Notes under the pieces: generated by a model
The model's input: only the letters and a program-made list of their open reading frames with translations
The model's database searches: none
Told to the model about the DNA's origin: nothing
Assembly: GCA_963724765.1 (NCBI GenBank)
Contig: CAVRVY010000004.1
Span: 128,001-192,000, forward strand
Source of the DNA: an uncultured delta proteobacterium
GTDB lineage: Bacteria; Desulfobacterota; Binatia; Binatales; Binataceae
Direction: 5' to 3'
DNA: 64,000 nt
Program-made: the position numbers and the translations under genes
In this document: positions 1-11,825 of the stretch, one piece after another
Position numbering within the stretch: the first letter of the stretch is position 1
Layout: each line of letters starts with the position of its first letter

Positions 1-393
1 CACTCTCACCATGCCGCGGGGCAACCTCGTCCTTTTCACGGTTACATCTACCGGCTGCTGACCAGGCAAGGGGCGGCTGCGCATGGAGGAGCCCAAAATT
101 ATATCGCTGATGGCAAGATGACCGGCGGGTTCGCGCTGATTGCGTATCCGGTCCGCTATCGCGACTCCGGAGTGATGACCTTCGTGGTTAACCAGGACGG
201 CCAGATCTATCAAAAGGACTTAGGTCCACAGACCAGCCAGATCGCTTCCGAGATGGAAGAATACAATCCGGACAGCACTTGGCAGCCGGTCAAAGAAGGC
301 GAGGGAACAGACGTCTCTGATGTCAGAAAGCTGATCCTTCAACGGCCCTGGGATGTAGCCGCTTGGGTACTGCTCGAGGGCCTGGACGCGTAG
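1..393 (+). CDS. DUF2950-family protein, 5'-truncated by the window edge
   Basis: Frame is open from base 1: PFHGYIYRLLTRQG...MTGGFALIAYPVRYRDSGVMTFVVNQDGQIYQKDLG, typical of the DUF2950 C-terminus. Confidence 0.75.
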   Translation, partial: HSHHAAGQPRPFHGYIYRLLTRQGAAAHGGAQNYIADGKMTGGFALIAYPVRYRDSGVMTFVVNQDGQIYQKDLGPQTSQIASEMEEYNPDSTWQPVKEGEGTDVSDVRKLILQRPWDVAAWVLLEGLDA

Positions 394-465
394 CCAGAGG
401 ACGCCGGCTCCCACCTCGGCGATCTGCTCCAATATTGTTGGCTCGTCCAGGAGGAATCGGCCCGT

Positions 466-2143
466 TCAGCGACCTTTCTTCTTCAGCTCCAGACGCTTGA
501 TTTCACGCTCGCGGAGGTCGCGGCGGCGAATTTTGCCGGTGACCGTAACCGGAAACTCGTCCATGAACTCGAACTCGCGCGGATACTCGTGCGCCGCGAG
601 CCGGGTCTTCACGTGCTTCTGGATCTCGTCGATCATCTGATCCGAGGGCTGATGGCCCGGCAGTAGCTTGATGAACGCTTTGATCGATTGGCCGCGCCGC
701 TCGTCCGGCACGCCCACCACCGCGACGCGCATGAGGCGACCGCCGGATGCTCGATTATCTTCGCTTCGACCTCAGCCGGGCCGACCCGGTAGCCCGAGGT
801 CTTGATTACGTCGTCGGAGCGGCCCTGAAAATAGATATATCCCTGGTCGTCCATGTGACCGTTGTCGCCGCTGATGCACCATCCGTTGACGAACTTCTCC
901 TTCATCGCTTCCGGGGTCTTCCAGTACTGCTTCATCACCACCGGGTCTTCTACGCGGATCGCGATTTCGCCGGTCTCGCCGTTTTTAACCGGGATGCCGG
1001 TGTGCGGGTCGACCACGGCGACCTCGTGGCCGGGATAGGCCTTGCCGAGCGGCTCGAGGCTGGCTTTTTCGAGCGCGGTGCAGTTACCGATGAAGTAGTT
1101 GGCCTCGGTCTGGCCGAAGGCCTGGTTGAATTCGACCTTAAGCTGATCGTCGACCCATCGCGATAGTTCCGGGCTGACCGGCTCGGCGCCGCTGACGATG
1201 CATCTCAGGCGGAGCTCGCGATACTTCTCGCGCGGGTTCTTGACCTCGCGCAACGACTTGAGTGCGGTCGGCGGATAGAGCCCGACCGTCGCGCCGTACC
1301 GCTCGAGCAGCCTGAGCGTGACATCGGGATCGAAACGCGCCTTGCTGCGATAGGCGAGCACCGGGATTCCGTAGGGCCAAATCGCGAGCAGGCCGTCGAG
1401 CAGGCCGCCCGCCCACGCCCAATCGGCCGCGCTGTAGTAAAGGTCGCCCGCGCGCAGGAAATTGTAGGAGTAATCGATCCCGTTGTGGCCCAACACGTAG
1501 CGCGCGACGTGCAGCACGCCCTTGGGATCGCCGGTCGTGCCCGAGGTGTACATCAGCAGGATCGGATCCTCGGCATGCGCTGGTCCCATCGTGAAATGGT
1601 CGGAACCTTTGGCGATGAGATCGTCGAAGGCGAGGCCGCCCTTGTTGCCGCCGGCGATAATCACGTGGCGCAATTCGGGAACGTCCTTGCGGATCGGTTC
1701 GAGCTTCTCGACGCTTTCGGGCTCGAGCAGAATCGCCTTGGCCGCGCTGTTGTTGAGCCGGTACATAGCGCGTCGGGGCCGAACAGTTTGGAAATCGGCA
1801 GCGCGATCGCGCCGATACGATAGAGTCCCATGTGGGCGATCGCGGTCTCGGGCCGCTGCGGCAGATGCACCGCAACCACGTCGCCGCGCTTGATTCCCAG
1901 CCCGGTCATCGCGTTGGCAAAACGCCGGCTAAGCTCGCCGATCTTGCCGAAGGTGTAGGTCTCGACCCGCCCCTCGTCATCCTCGTAATAGAGCGCAGGT
2001 TTGTCGCGCAGGTCGGTGTGGCGATCGAGGCAATCGACGGCGACGTTGTAGTCGGCCGGGATGTTCCATCGATGGCGCGCGCAGGCGTCGGCGATACTTT
2101 TCGCGCCGTGGACGGTCTGCTCGCGAAGGCCGATGATGCTCAT
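466..2143 (-). pseudogene. Acyl-CoA synthetase (AMP-binding), split by two frameshifts (~1767 and ~730)
   Basis: Three consecutive ORF pieces join into one enzyme: YTSGTTGDPKG, FGQTE, SGD, GRSDDVIKTSGYRVGP, TVTGKIRR. GGAGG RBS lies before ATG 2143. Confidence 0.8.
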
Positions 2144-2377
2144 GCTGAACTCCTCCGATGTGGCTGTCGTATGCATCTGCGCGTACGACTTTCCGGCGCG
2201 CTCCGGCAATACCGTGCCGCCACCTAAGATGGAGCGTAATCTGTCCGCGGAATTCCATCAACTTCATTTTCGCGCCCCCGCGGCAGCGCCGCCTCGCCTT
2301 CCCGGCGTCGTTCTGATTTGATCGGCATGATCCACAGGCGGCCACCGATAAAGGGTCAAGCCAGGAAGGGATTTGCG

Positions 2378-3085
2378 ATGGCGAAAGTCTGGGTGCTGCA
2401 GCACCATCCGGCCGAGAACCTTGGCGCGATTGCCGAGGCGTTGGAAGCGGCAGCGCTGGCATGGCAATACGTGCGCGTCTTCGACGGCCATCCCGTGCCC
2501 GTCGACATGAAAGGCGCGGGCGGACTTATCGTGATGGGTGGGCCGGAGGCGGCTTACCAGCTCGATCGCTATCCATACCTGCGCGCCGAGATGGCGCTGA
2601 TCGAAAACGCACTCAAGGCCGGACGGCCGGTGCTCGGCGTGTGCCTGGGAAGCCAACTGCTGGCGTCGGCGCTCGGAGCCAACGTGCGGCGCGCCGCGCA
2701 CAAGGAAATCGGATGGTATCCGGTGCGGCTTCGCCCCGAGGCTAACGATGACCGCTTACTTCGCGGACTACCCGAGGAATTCGTCGCCGGCCACTGGCAC
2801 AGCGACATCTTCGATCTGCCGGCCGGCGCGGTCGCGCTCGCCTCGTCGGAGCTGACCGAGTTGCAGGCCTTTCGCTACGGCGACCACGCCTGGGGATTGC
2901 TGTTTCATGCCGAGATGACGCAGCGGATCGTCGCGGCGCTGGTGAGCGAGTTTGGCGAGGGACTGAAGCGGGTCGGAATCGACGGCGACGAGATTCTCGC
3001 GTCGGCGCCCGCGCATCTGGCCGCTTTGAGCAAAGTCGCCGAGACGATCTTCGGCCGCTGGGCCGCTCCAATCCAGGGAACGTGA
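2378..3085 (+). CDS. Class I glutamine amidotransferase (GMP synthase-like)
   Basis: GLIVMGGP, LGVCLGSQLLA nucleophile Cys, FHAE His-Glu. Confidence 0.85.
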   Translation: MAKVWVLQHHPAENLGAIAEALEAAALAWQYVRVFDGHPVPVDMKGAGGLIVMGGPEAAYQLDRYPYLRAEMALIENALKAGRPVLGVCLGSQLLASALGANVRRAAHKEIGWYPVRLRPEANDDRLLRGLPEEFVAGHWHSDIFDLPAGAVALASSELTELQAFRYGDHAWGLLFHAEMTQRIVAALVSEFGEGLKRVGIDGDEILASAPAHLAALSKVAETIFGRWAAPIQGT

Positions 3086-3157
3086 CGCAGGGGACCTGAT
3101 CGGCCGAGCCGCTATCTTCCGGCGCGACACGCCGGGGAGGGTGCGGATAAGCACAAA

Positions 3158-3265
3158 ATCGCTCCGCGTCGATCCTTCACTTCGGCAACCTTCGTTGAGG
3201 ATTACAACAAAAAAAGCTTCCTTTCTGTCATCCTGAGCGTCAGCGAAGAATCTCCGCGGAGCGAT
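3158..3265. repeat. Long imperfect palindrome of the GTCATCCTGAGC family
   Basis: ATCGCTCCGCG...GATCCTTCACT...TTGAGGATTACA pairs with TGTCATCCTGAGCG...AGCGAAGAATC...CGCGGAGCGAT; lies between convergent genes. Confidence 0.7.
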
Positions 3266-3280
3266 GATCTTTTTCCTCTC

Positions 3281-4138
3281 CTAGTAGATCACTGACGGCA
3301 GATAAGCCCCGGCCGGCTCGTTATAGAGCCCGACCGTCATCAGAGTCATCGGTTGAACGATCCGCAGTCCGCTGTTCAGGCACCAGCGCATCAGTTCGCT
3401 GTTGCGCGTCGGCACAAGAAGCCCGGGACCGCCAAATGACCGCGCCGCGCCGATGAGCGCCTTGATATCGTCGTTGGTCTCGCCAACGGTGTGGCCGAAG
3501 AAAGCGATCGCTGAAGTATAACCCGTGATGCGTCCGGCGCGTTCGACGATCGCGCCGTAGCCCGGCCGGAGCGCGTCGCGCATCTCGCCGCTGCGGTCGT
3601 GGCCGTGGATGCGGATGCACAGGCGGCCACATTCCTCCAGGTCGCTCGCGCGCGCCGGCCGCACGGCATATCCGGGGATGGAAAGATTGAGCGCCGGGCC
3701 CTGGAAAACGCTCAGCGGCTCGCGCGAATCGAAGCCCAGCTTAGTGTAGAGGCTGAGCGAGCGGCAATGATACGCCGACTGAACCAGCCGCACGGCGGGA
3801 AAGTTGCGGGCGGCGGTACGCTCCATCACAGCCTGCATCAGGCGTCGCCCGATCGCGCGGTTCTGGACCGCGGGGTCGACGGTTATCGGTCCGATGCCGG
3901 CGATCGGATTGCGTTCGTCTAGAAAATTGCTGCCGACGATCCGGCCGTCGAGTTCGGCGACCACTTTGTAAAAACCCGGGCTCGCAAGCAGGTAGGAGAG
4001 CACCGTGACCGCGTTTTCGGCACTGGGAAAATCGGGAGGAAAGTTGTGCTCGTCGGCGATCGACTTGAACGCCTCGTAAGCGATCCTGCCGCAGGCCTGC
4101 GCGTCTTCGGGTTTGCCTTCCCGCAGTTTCATGTCCAT
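3281..4138 (-). CDS. GNAT N-acetyltransferase (tandem GNAT-like)
   Basis: GPITVDPAVQNRAIGRRLM acetyl-CoA motif and SLSLYTKLGF; RBS GGAGAG before ATG 4138. Confidence 0.85.
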   Translation of the reverse strand: MDMKLREGKPEDAQACGRIAYEAFKSIADEHNFPPDFPSAENAVTVLSYLLASPGFYKVVAELDGRIVGSNFLDERNPIAGIGPITVDPAVQNRAIGRRLMQAVMERTAARNFPAVRLVQSAYHCRSLSLYTKLGFDSREPLSVFQGPALNLSIPGYAVRPARASDLEECGRLCIRIHGHDRSGEMRDALRPGYGAIVERAGRITGYTSAIAFFGHTVGETNDDIKALIGAARSFGGPGLLVPTRNSELMRWCLNSGLRIVQPMTLMTVGLYNEPAGAYLPSVIY

Positions 4139-4307
4139 TGCGCTCTCTCCTCGATGCGCGTCGTTCACGCAATCATTTTTCCGATCTATCGCGCCCGTAA
4201 GACAAGTGACCGTAGCATGCTGATTCGGGCATTTTGAGACTGAGCCGCCACCGCACACTGGCGGCGCCTGTGCGCAGCGATTAGATTGGAAAGCGAGGGA
4301 ACCCACG

Positions 4308-4799
4308 ATGGACGCTAGAGTGCACATTCATCTTTCGGTCTCGGACATGGCTCACAGCCGCAGCTTTTACGAGAAGTTTTTCGGCGTCGCGCCAGCCAAG
4401 GACAAGGGCGACCATCTGAAGTTCGTGCCGCCATTCGCGCCGATTAACCTCGCCATCTCGCCCAGGCGCGCCGGAAGCGATGGCACGCCGGCGATAAATC
4501 ATCTCGGCGTCGAGGTCGATTCCAGCGAGACCGTGTTGCGCCATCTCGAACGCGTCAAGGCCGCCGGACTCCGCGTGCGCGAACAACTGAACGTCAGTTG
4601 CTGTTACGCCAATCAGTGCAAGTTTTGGATCGAGGATCCCGACGGGGTCGAGTGGGAGATCTACCACGTCAACTATGACCTCGAAGAGAAGCACGGCAAG
4701 CCGGTGGATGGCGCGGCGGCCTTTGCACTCGCGCCGCGAGTGATTAATGAACCGGCGACGGCCTGCTGCTCCGGCCGTCGCGCGGACGGCGTGAACTGA
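4308..4799 (+). CDS. ArsI/CadI-family VOC (glyoxalase-fold) metalloenzyme
   Basis: HIHLSVSD, NHLGVEV, CCYANQCKFWIEDPDGVEWEIY, C-terminal CC. Confidence 0.8.
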   Translation: MDARVHIHLSVSDMAHSRSFYEKFFGVAPAKDKGDHLKFVPPFAPINLAISPRRAGSDGTPAINHLGVEVDSSETVLRHLERVKAAGLRVREQLNVSCCYANQCKFWIEDPDGVEWEIYHVNYDLEEKHGKPVDGAAAFALAPRVINEPATACCSGRRADGVN

Positions 4800-4805
4800 G
4801 TCCCA

Positions 4806-5390
4806 CTAGATAACCTGACTCGACGGATCGAGTAGCAAGCCCATAGTGCGTGCGTGCTCGAAGGCGAGCAGCTTCTTTTTGATCTCCAGGCCCCATCGAT
4901 AGCCCGTGAGCTTGCCATCCGCGCCGATCGCGCGATGGCACGGGATCAGGATCGACACCGGATTGGAGCCGTTGGCATGGCCGACGGCGCGCGCCGCCGA
5001 CGGCCGCCCGATACGCGCCGCGATCTCGCCGTAGCTGCGCGTGGCGCCCTCGGGAATCGCACACAGCTCGCGCCAGACGCTGAGTTGAAACGGAGTCCCG
5101 CTGACCTCCAGCGGCACGTCGCATCGCGCCGTCTCGCCACGCAGGTAGCGCAGCACGGCCTCTACGGCCGGTCGCGCAGCGCCGTCGTCGCGAGTGATTT
5201 TGGCTTCACGGAAATCGCGGCGCAGTTCGCTCTCCTGCCATTCGTCGGACTCGTGCATCGAGAGCGCGCAGATGCCGCGCGCGGTCACCGCGACCAGCAT
5301 CCTGCCGAACGGCGAATCGACGATGGTATAGCTGATTTCCGCGCCGCGTCCGCGCGGCCTCCATGCGGCGGGAACTATTGATTGGTTCAT
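4806..5390 (-). CDS. ogt: Methylated-DNA-protein-cysteine methyltransferase
   Basis: GTPFQLSVWREL...SYGEIA...AARAVG...IPCHRAIG...GYRWG. Confidence 0.9.
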   Translation of the reverse strand: MNQSIVPAAWRPRGRGAEISYTIVDSPFGRMLVAVTARGICALSMHESDEWQESELRRDFREAKITRDDGAARPAVEAVLRYLRGETARCDVPLEVSGTPFQLSVWRELCAIPEGATRSYGEIAARIGRPSAARAVGHANGSNPVSILIPCHRAIGADGKLTGYRWGLEIKKKLLAFEHARTMGLLLDPSSQVI

Positions 5391-5660
5391 GGCGGCACCG
5401 TGTCTTTCCTGTCCTCGATTTGGATTTCGATCGTGCATAAGAGCTTAAACCCCAGACCCGGCGCTTTTGTAAAACCTGCCGCACAATCGCCTCATATTTT
5501 CCACGCTATCGCGAAATGGCTTCACCGGCGATGGAAAAAAGGTCACGTTTGCGCGGTGAAAAAGTGATGGTTCGCGGCACGAATTTTGGACCGATTATAA
5601 CATCGGCGGGGATTCCTGCCGGCTCGAGAAAAATCGGCTCGTCAAAGGAAGGATTTTCGT

Positions 5661-6086
5661 ATGAGATTTGAACAAAGCGCGATCGCAGGTTACGCCGCGA
5701 TCCTCGGCATGACTCTGGCATTCCCATCTTTCGCGATGGCGACGATGAACGGAGGCCCCACGCAAAGCGCACCGCTTTTCGCGCAGGCCTCGAGCGTACC
5801 AAATCCCAGGAGCGTGGACGACGCGACGCTGAAACGTGCCGCGGCCGCATACGTAAAGGTGAGGGACATCTCCGTTAAGACCGAGCAGGCGATCAACAAC
5901 ACCGGCGATACGGCCCGCAAGCAACAGTTAGTTGCCGAGAGCGAGTCGGCGAAAGTCGCCGCGGTGAAGGAAGAGGGGATGGAGCCGCAGCAGTACAACA
6001 ACGTCATCAGGATGGTCAGGGACGACAACAGCTTGCAGCAGAAATTCCTGTCGTATGTGCAAGAGCTCAAGCACGCCAAAAGCTAA
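5661..6086 (+). CDS. Secreted helical protein, DUF4168-like
   Basis: Signal peptide, then DATLKRAAAAYVKV...AVKEEGMEPQQYNNVI. Confidence 0.65.
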   Translation: MRFEQSAIAGYAAILGMTLAFPSFAMATMNGGPTQSAPLFAQASSVPNPRSVDDATLKRAAAAYVKVRDISVKTEQAINNTGDTARKQQLVAESESAKVAAVKEEGMEPQQYNNVIRMVRDDNSLQQKFLSYVQELKHAKS

Positions 6087-6276
6087 AACATGCGTCGTAG
6101 GATCCCGAGCATGAGGATCGGGCCGAATTAAGAAAACTTGGATCGACGAAAGTCACAGCCAGTTCCCAGTGCGAACGCGGCTCCAGACGAAACGTCTGGG
6201 GAGCAGCGTAGAATACGCTGAACACACACGGACGGCATCGCCCGCGTGACGATGCCGTCCGTGTGCCGCACAATTC

Positions 6277-7491
6277 CTATCCCTTGGGAAGTTTCAGCAC
6301 CCGTTCACCGATGATGTTGTGCTGGATCTCACTCGAGCCGGCCGCGATCGTCAGCCCGCGCGCCGCCAGCGTCCGCATCATCCATCGCCCGCCCTCGACC
6401 GCGCCGATCGATCCCTTCATCAGCGTTGCGTAAGGCCCGAGCAGCTCGTCGGCGAACATCGCCACGCGCAGATTCAGCTCGGTCGCGAAGAGCTTGCCGA
6501 ACGAGGTTTCCGGCCCCGGCACCTTGCCCTTGAGCTGAGCAGTCAGGCCGCGATAGCGACTTAGCCTCAGGCATCGCGATTCGATCGCGAACTGCGAGAG
6601 CTTCTGGCGGATGTAAGGATGTTGGTTAGCGGGTATCCCATCGAACTCGACCGCCCTGGCAAGTTCGATAAGCTCGCTGATGGTGCGCTCGACCGGATGG
6701 CGCGTGCCGCCCGAGGCCCGCTCCCACATGAGCGTCGCAATCGACACCTGCCATCCCTGGTTGATCTCGCCCACCAGGTTTTCCTTGGGCACGCGGACGT
6801 TGTCATAGAAAACTTCGTTGAATCCGGATTCGCCGGTTATCTGCATCAGCGGACGAACCGTGATGCCGGGGCTTTTCATGTCGACCAGCAGGTAGGAGAT
6901 GCCCTTGTGCTTGGGTGCGCCAGGATCGGTGCGCACCAGCAGCACCTGCATGTCGGCGCGCTGCGCGAGGCTGGTCCAGACCTTCTGGCCGTTGACCACG
7001 AACGAGTCGCCCTCGAGCACAGCGCGGGTCTGTAGGCTCGCGAGGTCGGAGCCGGAGTTGGGTTCGGAGTAGCCCTGGCACCAGGTTTCCTCGCCGGTCA
7101 GCATCTTGCCGAGGTAGCGCGCTTTTTGCTGCTCGGTGCCGAGCAGGATGATGGTGGGGCCGATGCGATCGATCGCGAGCTGGTTGGCTCCATACAGCGG
7201 CAGACCCAGGCGCAGCACTTCGTCCTGATAGATCGCCTGCTCGATCAGCGAAGCGCCGCCGCCGCCCCATTCCTTTGGCCAGTGCAGCGCGACGTAGCCG
7301 GCCTCGTAGAGCCGCTTGTGATACTCGCGCAGTCCCTGCCACTTGGAGTCGTCGCCGACGTCGAGCAGGCTGGCGGTCGACGCGCCCATCCCGTCGCCGC
7401 TGCGGCCGAACACTTCGCGCGAGGTTTCCTCCAGCCACGCTCGCAGCCGCGCACGAAACGCCTCTTGCTCGGGGGTGAAACTGAAATCCAT
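6277..7491 (-). CDS. Acyl-CoA dehydrogenase
   Basis: WCQGYSEPNSGSDLASL, NGQKVWTS, FNEVFYDNVRVP, TIAAGSSEIQ. Confidence 0.92.
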   Translation of the reverse strand: MDFSFTPEQEAFRARLRAWLEETSREVFGRSGDGMGASTASLLDVGDDSKWQGLREYHKRLYEAGYVALHWPKEWGGGGASLIEQAIYQDEVLRLGLPLYGANQLAIDRIGPTIILLGTEQQKARYLGKMLTGEETWCQGYSEPNSGSDLASLQTRAVLEGDSFVVNGQKVWTSLAQRADMQVLLVRTDPGAPKHKGISYLLVDMKSPGITVRPLMQITGESGFNEVFYDNVRVPKENLVGEINQGWQVSIATLMWERASGGTRHPVERTISELIELARAVEFDGIPANQHPYIRQKLSQFAIESRCLRLSRYRGLTAQLKGKVPGPETSFGKLFATELNLRVAMFADELLGPYATLMKGSIGAVEGGRWMMRTLAARGLTIAAGSSEIQHNIIGERVLKLPKG

Positions 7492-7731
7492 ACCCTATCT
7501 CCGACTCCTGTCTCCGTTATGAGCCTCCGGTTTCGCATCGAGGCTAGACCGCGGCGATTGCGGGGAACTATAGCAGTGGCCGCGTCCGGGGGTTAGCCGC
7601 AGGCGCGGGCGCTTTGCCCGCGAGGGCAGGCGTTTGCTATATGATTTGGGTTTGATCGCGTGACCGCACGCGCTATCGATACGAAGGCAGGCGGCGCGCA
7701 AATATCCTCAACCAAGCGGGTGTCAAGGCAG

Positions 7732-8979
<1,248 letters not shown>

Positions 8980-9036
8980 CGCCAATTTGTAGCTTCACGG
9001 CGGCGCGGGACGCGCCCCGAAAGTTTCAGGTTCGTA

Positions 9037-9071
9037 AAGAGCGCCCGCGGGCATCGCCTGCGGGCGCTCTT
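9037..9071 (+). terminator. Hairpin downstream of icd
   Basis: AAGAGCGCCCGCGGGC-ATC-GCCTGCGGGCGCTCTT. Confidence 0.65.
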
Positions 9072-9319
9072 GCATTGGTCCAGATCTGAGCGCCGCTGAC
9101 GATGCTGCTATTGGCTTGTGGTCACCCGTCGCAGCGACACTGCCAGTAGTGGTTCAGGGCTGTGGCACAGCGGGTTCGAATGTCTCCCTATGGCACATTA
9201 CCGCGAAGCGGAGTCAAATAATCCTTGTAGATGCGCGTGTAACCCCGCGGGGGCGAGTGCGTAGTCATTGGTGTTGTGGAGGTGGCGGAGAGCTCGAGTT
9301 CGAGCACAGGGGAGGAACC

Positions 9320-10105
9320 ATGATTTTGCACAACGCGGCAGGGGTGGCAATGGTGTTGCTCGCGCTGGCGGCGGCACAGGGACGCGGCAGTGACATGGCG
9401 GGCACGATGGGGCAGGGCGGCGCGGGGATGGCGGCATCGCACGCGGCCGCAACCGGGACTGATCAGAACGGCGACGCGGCAAGCCAGGACGCGGCTATCG
9501 GCGCGATGTCCTCGATGGACATGTCCGAGCGAATGGCCGGTCACGGAGCGATAGCGGCGCACATGGCGTGGAGTGATACTCGCCCGGTCACCGACGCCGA
9601 CCGCGAGCGCGCCGCGGAAATCGTCAAGACCCTGCAAACTGCGCTCGTCAAGTACAAGGACTATCACGTGGCCGAGGCCGACGGCTTCAAGCCGTTCCAT
9701 CCGGAGTTCCCGCAGAACGTCTATCATTTCACGCGATGGCAGAACGGTCTCAAGGCGGCATTCACCTTCGATCCCTCCGAGCCAACTTCGCTGCTCTACA
9801 AGAAGACCGCCAATGGGTACGAGCTGGTGGGCGCGATGTACACGGCGCCGCGCGGAACCAGCGAAGCGAAGCTCGATCAGCGCGTGCCGCTCGGCGTCGC
9901 GCGATGGCATCGGCACGTCAACCTGTGCTTCCCACCCAAGGGGCAGGGCGCGACCGCCGACTGGACTAAGTTCGGTTTCAAAGGCTCAATTTCGACCAAA
10001 GCCGCGTGCGACATCGCTGGCGGACGCTTCTATCCGCAGGTCTTGGGATGGATGGTGCATGTCTATCCGTGGGCCACGACGCAGGAAACGGCCTGGGCGC
10101 ACTGA
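9320..10105 (+). CDS. Secreted hypothetical protein with Met/His-rich N-region
   Basis: GGAGG RBS, signal peptide, conserved-looking FDPSEPTSLLYKK, WHRHVNLC, GWMVHVYP. Confidence 0.7.
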   Translation: MILHNAAGVAMVLLALAAAQGRGSDMAGTMGQGGAGMAASHAAATGTDQNGDAASQDAAIGAMSSMDMSERMAGHGAIAAHMAWSDTRPVTDADRERAAEIVKTLQTALVKYKDYHVAEADGFKPFHPEFPQNVYHFTRWQNGLKAAFTFDPSEPTSLLYKKTANGYELVGAMYTAPRGTSEAKLDQRVPLGVARWHRHVNLCFPPKGQGATADWTKFGFKGSISTKAACDIAGGRFYPQVLGWMVHVYPWATTQETAWAH

Positions 10106-10155
10106 AGCTTCAGCTTGTACTCGTCGCCGGTTGAACCGGCGCTCATTCGATCCTG

Positions 10156-10989
10156 TCATCGGCAGTTGCGGGCGGCGCGGTAGCCGGCCTGCTCGGCAGC
10201 TTGTGCGCTTGAAAACTCGACGCGATTGGCAGTCGAAACCTTGTCGTAGAAGGGACACCCAGGCCATTCGTAGATCCGGCTGCGTCGATTGCCAATGATT
10301 GGTCCGTTTGGCGCGGGCGGCGGTGTAGCGCTATCCAGCACCGAAGAATTTTGCGCGTCCCCTGCGCTGGCACTGGCGCGAAGCGGCCGTGACTCGATCG
10401 CGCGGCTTCTCCAATGTTGCACGTATTGAGCGGCCAGTGCGGAATCGCGAATCACCAGCAGGTTCTCGACGTTCCTGTGCTCGGCGGAATACGTGTAGTT
10501 GAAACTGCCGGTGACGACGACTTCGCCGTCGATAATCATAACCTTGTCGTGCATCAGGCCGGGCGGCCTGTCGACCAGCACGGGAATTCCGGCGGCGCCA
10601 AGATGCTCGACGGCGAACGCGTCGTCGTGGTTGCGGCGGTCGGTGAGCTGCCGGTAGTCAACGATGGCGCGAACGTCCACGCCCCGCTGGTGAGCATCAA
10701 TCAGAGCCGTCACCAGTGGGCCGGGCGTAATCTCATAAGCCTGGATCAGGATCGATTTGCGCGCCGCCCTTACCGCGTCCTCGATAGCTCTGACCGGGTC
10801 GCATCCACCGGGCAGCGGCGGCGAGAAGCAGACCTCGATTTGCGCCGCTAACGCTCCAGGTGCCGGCGCGGCAGCCGCAAATACGAATGCAACGGCGAAC
10901 GCCGCGAGCGCCAGCCGTCTCTGCCGGATTGGCGCGATCAATCTGTGCCGGTGCGCTGCGACATCCCGAGCGCGCCCGCGCACCGTCAT
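10156..10989 (-). CDS. Secreted phospholipase D-family (Nuc-like) nuclease with C-terminal Ada-metal-binding-like domain
   Basis: Single HKD motif HDKVMIIDG...TGSFN; C-terminal IIGNRRSRIY..PGC...FSSAQAAEQAGYRAARNC. Confidence 0.8.
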   Translation of the reverse strand: MTVRGRARDVAAHRHRLIAPIRQRRLALAAFAVAFVFAAAAPAPGALAAQIEVCFSPPLPGGCDPVRAIEDAVRAARKSILIQAYEITPGPLVTALIDAHQRGVDVRAIVDYRQLTDRRNHDDAFAVEHLGAAGIPVLVDRPPGLMHDKVMIIDGEVVVTGSFNYTYSAEHRNVENLLVIRDSALAAQYVQHWRSRAIESRPLRASASAGDAQNSSVLDSATPPPAPNGPIIGNRRSRIYEWPGCPFYDKVSTANRVEFSSAQAAEQAGYRAARNCR

Positions 10990-11780
10990 CGCACGCCGCC
11001 CTTGCGCTGATGGATACGTTCGTCCTGACGCGCCATCCCCTCGATTCGCGAGCCCTCAAGATGCGACACCAGTGCCGCGCCCAGCTCCATCTCGACCGAG
11101 GCGTCGAAGTCCATGTCCATCGCGCGGTACACACCTTCGCGCGTGAGCGCCAGTTCGGCCGGGTAGTGCGCGGCGATTTTTTCGGCCAGCGCGCGGACCG
11201 CTGACTCGAGCTCGTCCGCCGGCACCACGCGGTTGACCAGCCCGATTCGCATTGCCTCGGCGGCGTCGATTAGTTCGGCGGTGTAGAGCAGTTCGAAGGC
11301 GAGGCCCGCCCCGACCAGGCGGGTAAGGTTATACAGTCCGCCCATCGTTACCGTTGCACCAACCCGCACCTCGGTGAAGCCAAGCCTGGTGCCCTCGGCG
11401 GCGATGCGCATGTCGGCGAGCATCGCGACCTCGCATCCGCCGCCCACGGCGTAGCCATGCACTTGCGCGATCAGCGGTTTGCCGATGCGGCGGAAGCGGC
11501 GTGCGATTTCCTGCTCGGGACCGATGTGCGTGCGCCAGAATTCCATCAGCTCCTGGCGGCGCGGATTTTCCTTGAGGTCGGCGCCTGCGCAGAAGGCGCG
11601 GCCTGCGCCGCGGATCACCACCACGCGCGCCGCGGCGTCCTCGCGCGCGGTTTGCGCCGCGGCCACCAGCGCATGAATCCATTCGTCGTTCATCGCATTG
11701 AGCACGTGCGGCCGGTTGAGCGTGATATATCCGATCACGCCGCTGCGTTCGTAAAGCACCGGGGCTTCCATCGTGCTCAC
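10986..11780 (-). CDS. Enoyl-CoA hydratase/isomerase family
   Basis: FCAGADL, GYAVGGGCE, AAEAMRIGLVNRVVP. Confidence 0.9.
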   Translation of the reverse strand: MSTMEAPVLYERSGVIGYITLNRPHVLNAMNDEWIHALVAAAQTAREDAAARVVVIRGAGRAFCAGADLKENPRRQELMEFWRTHIGPEQEIARRFRRIGKPLIAQVHGYAVGGGCEVAMLADMRIAAEGTRLGFTEVRVGATVTMGGLYNLTRLVGAGLAFELLYTAELIDAAEAMRIGLVNRVVPADELESAVRALAEKIAAHYPAELALTREGVYRAMDMDFDASVEMELGAALVSHLEGSRIEGMARQDERIHQRKGGVR

Positions 11781-11825
11781 CTCTTGGTCTAAACGCCGGA
11801 GAACAATGGCGCGAACGCGCTCTTT

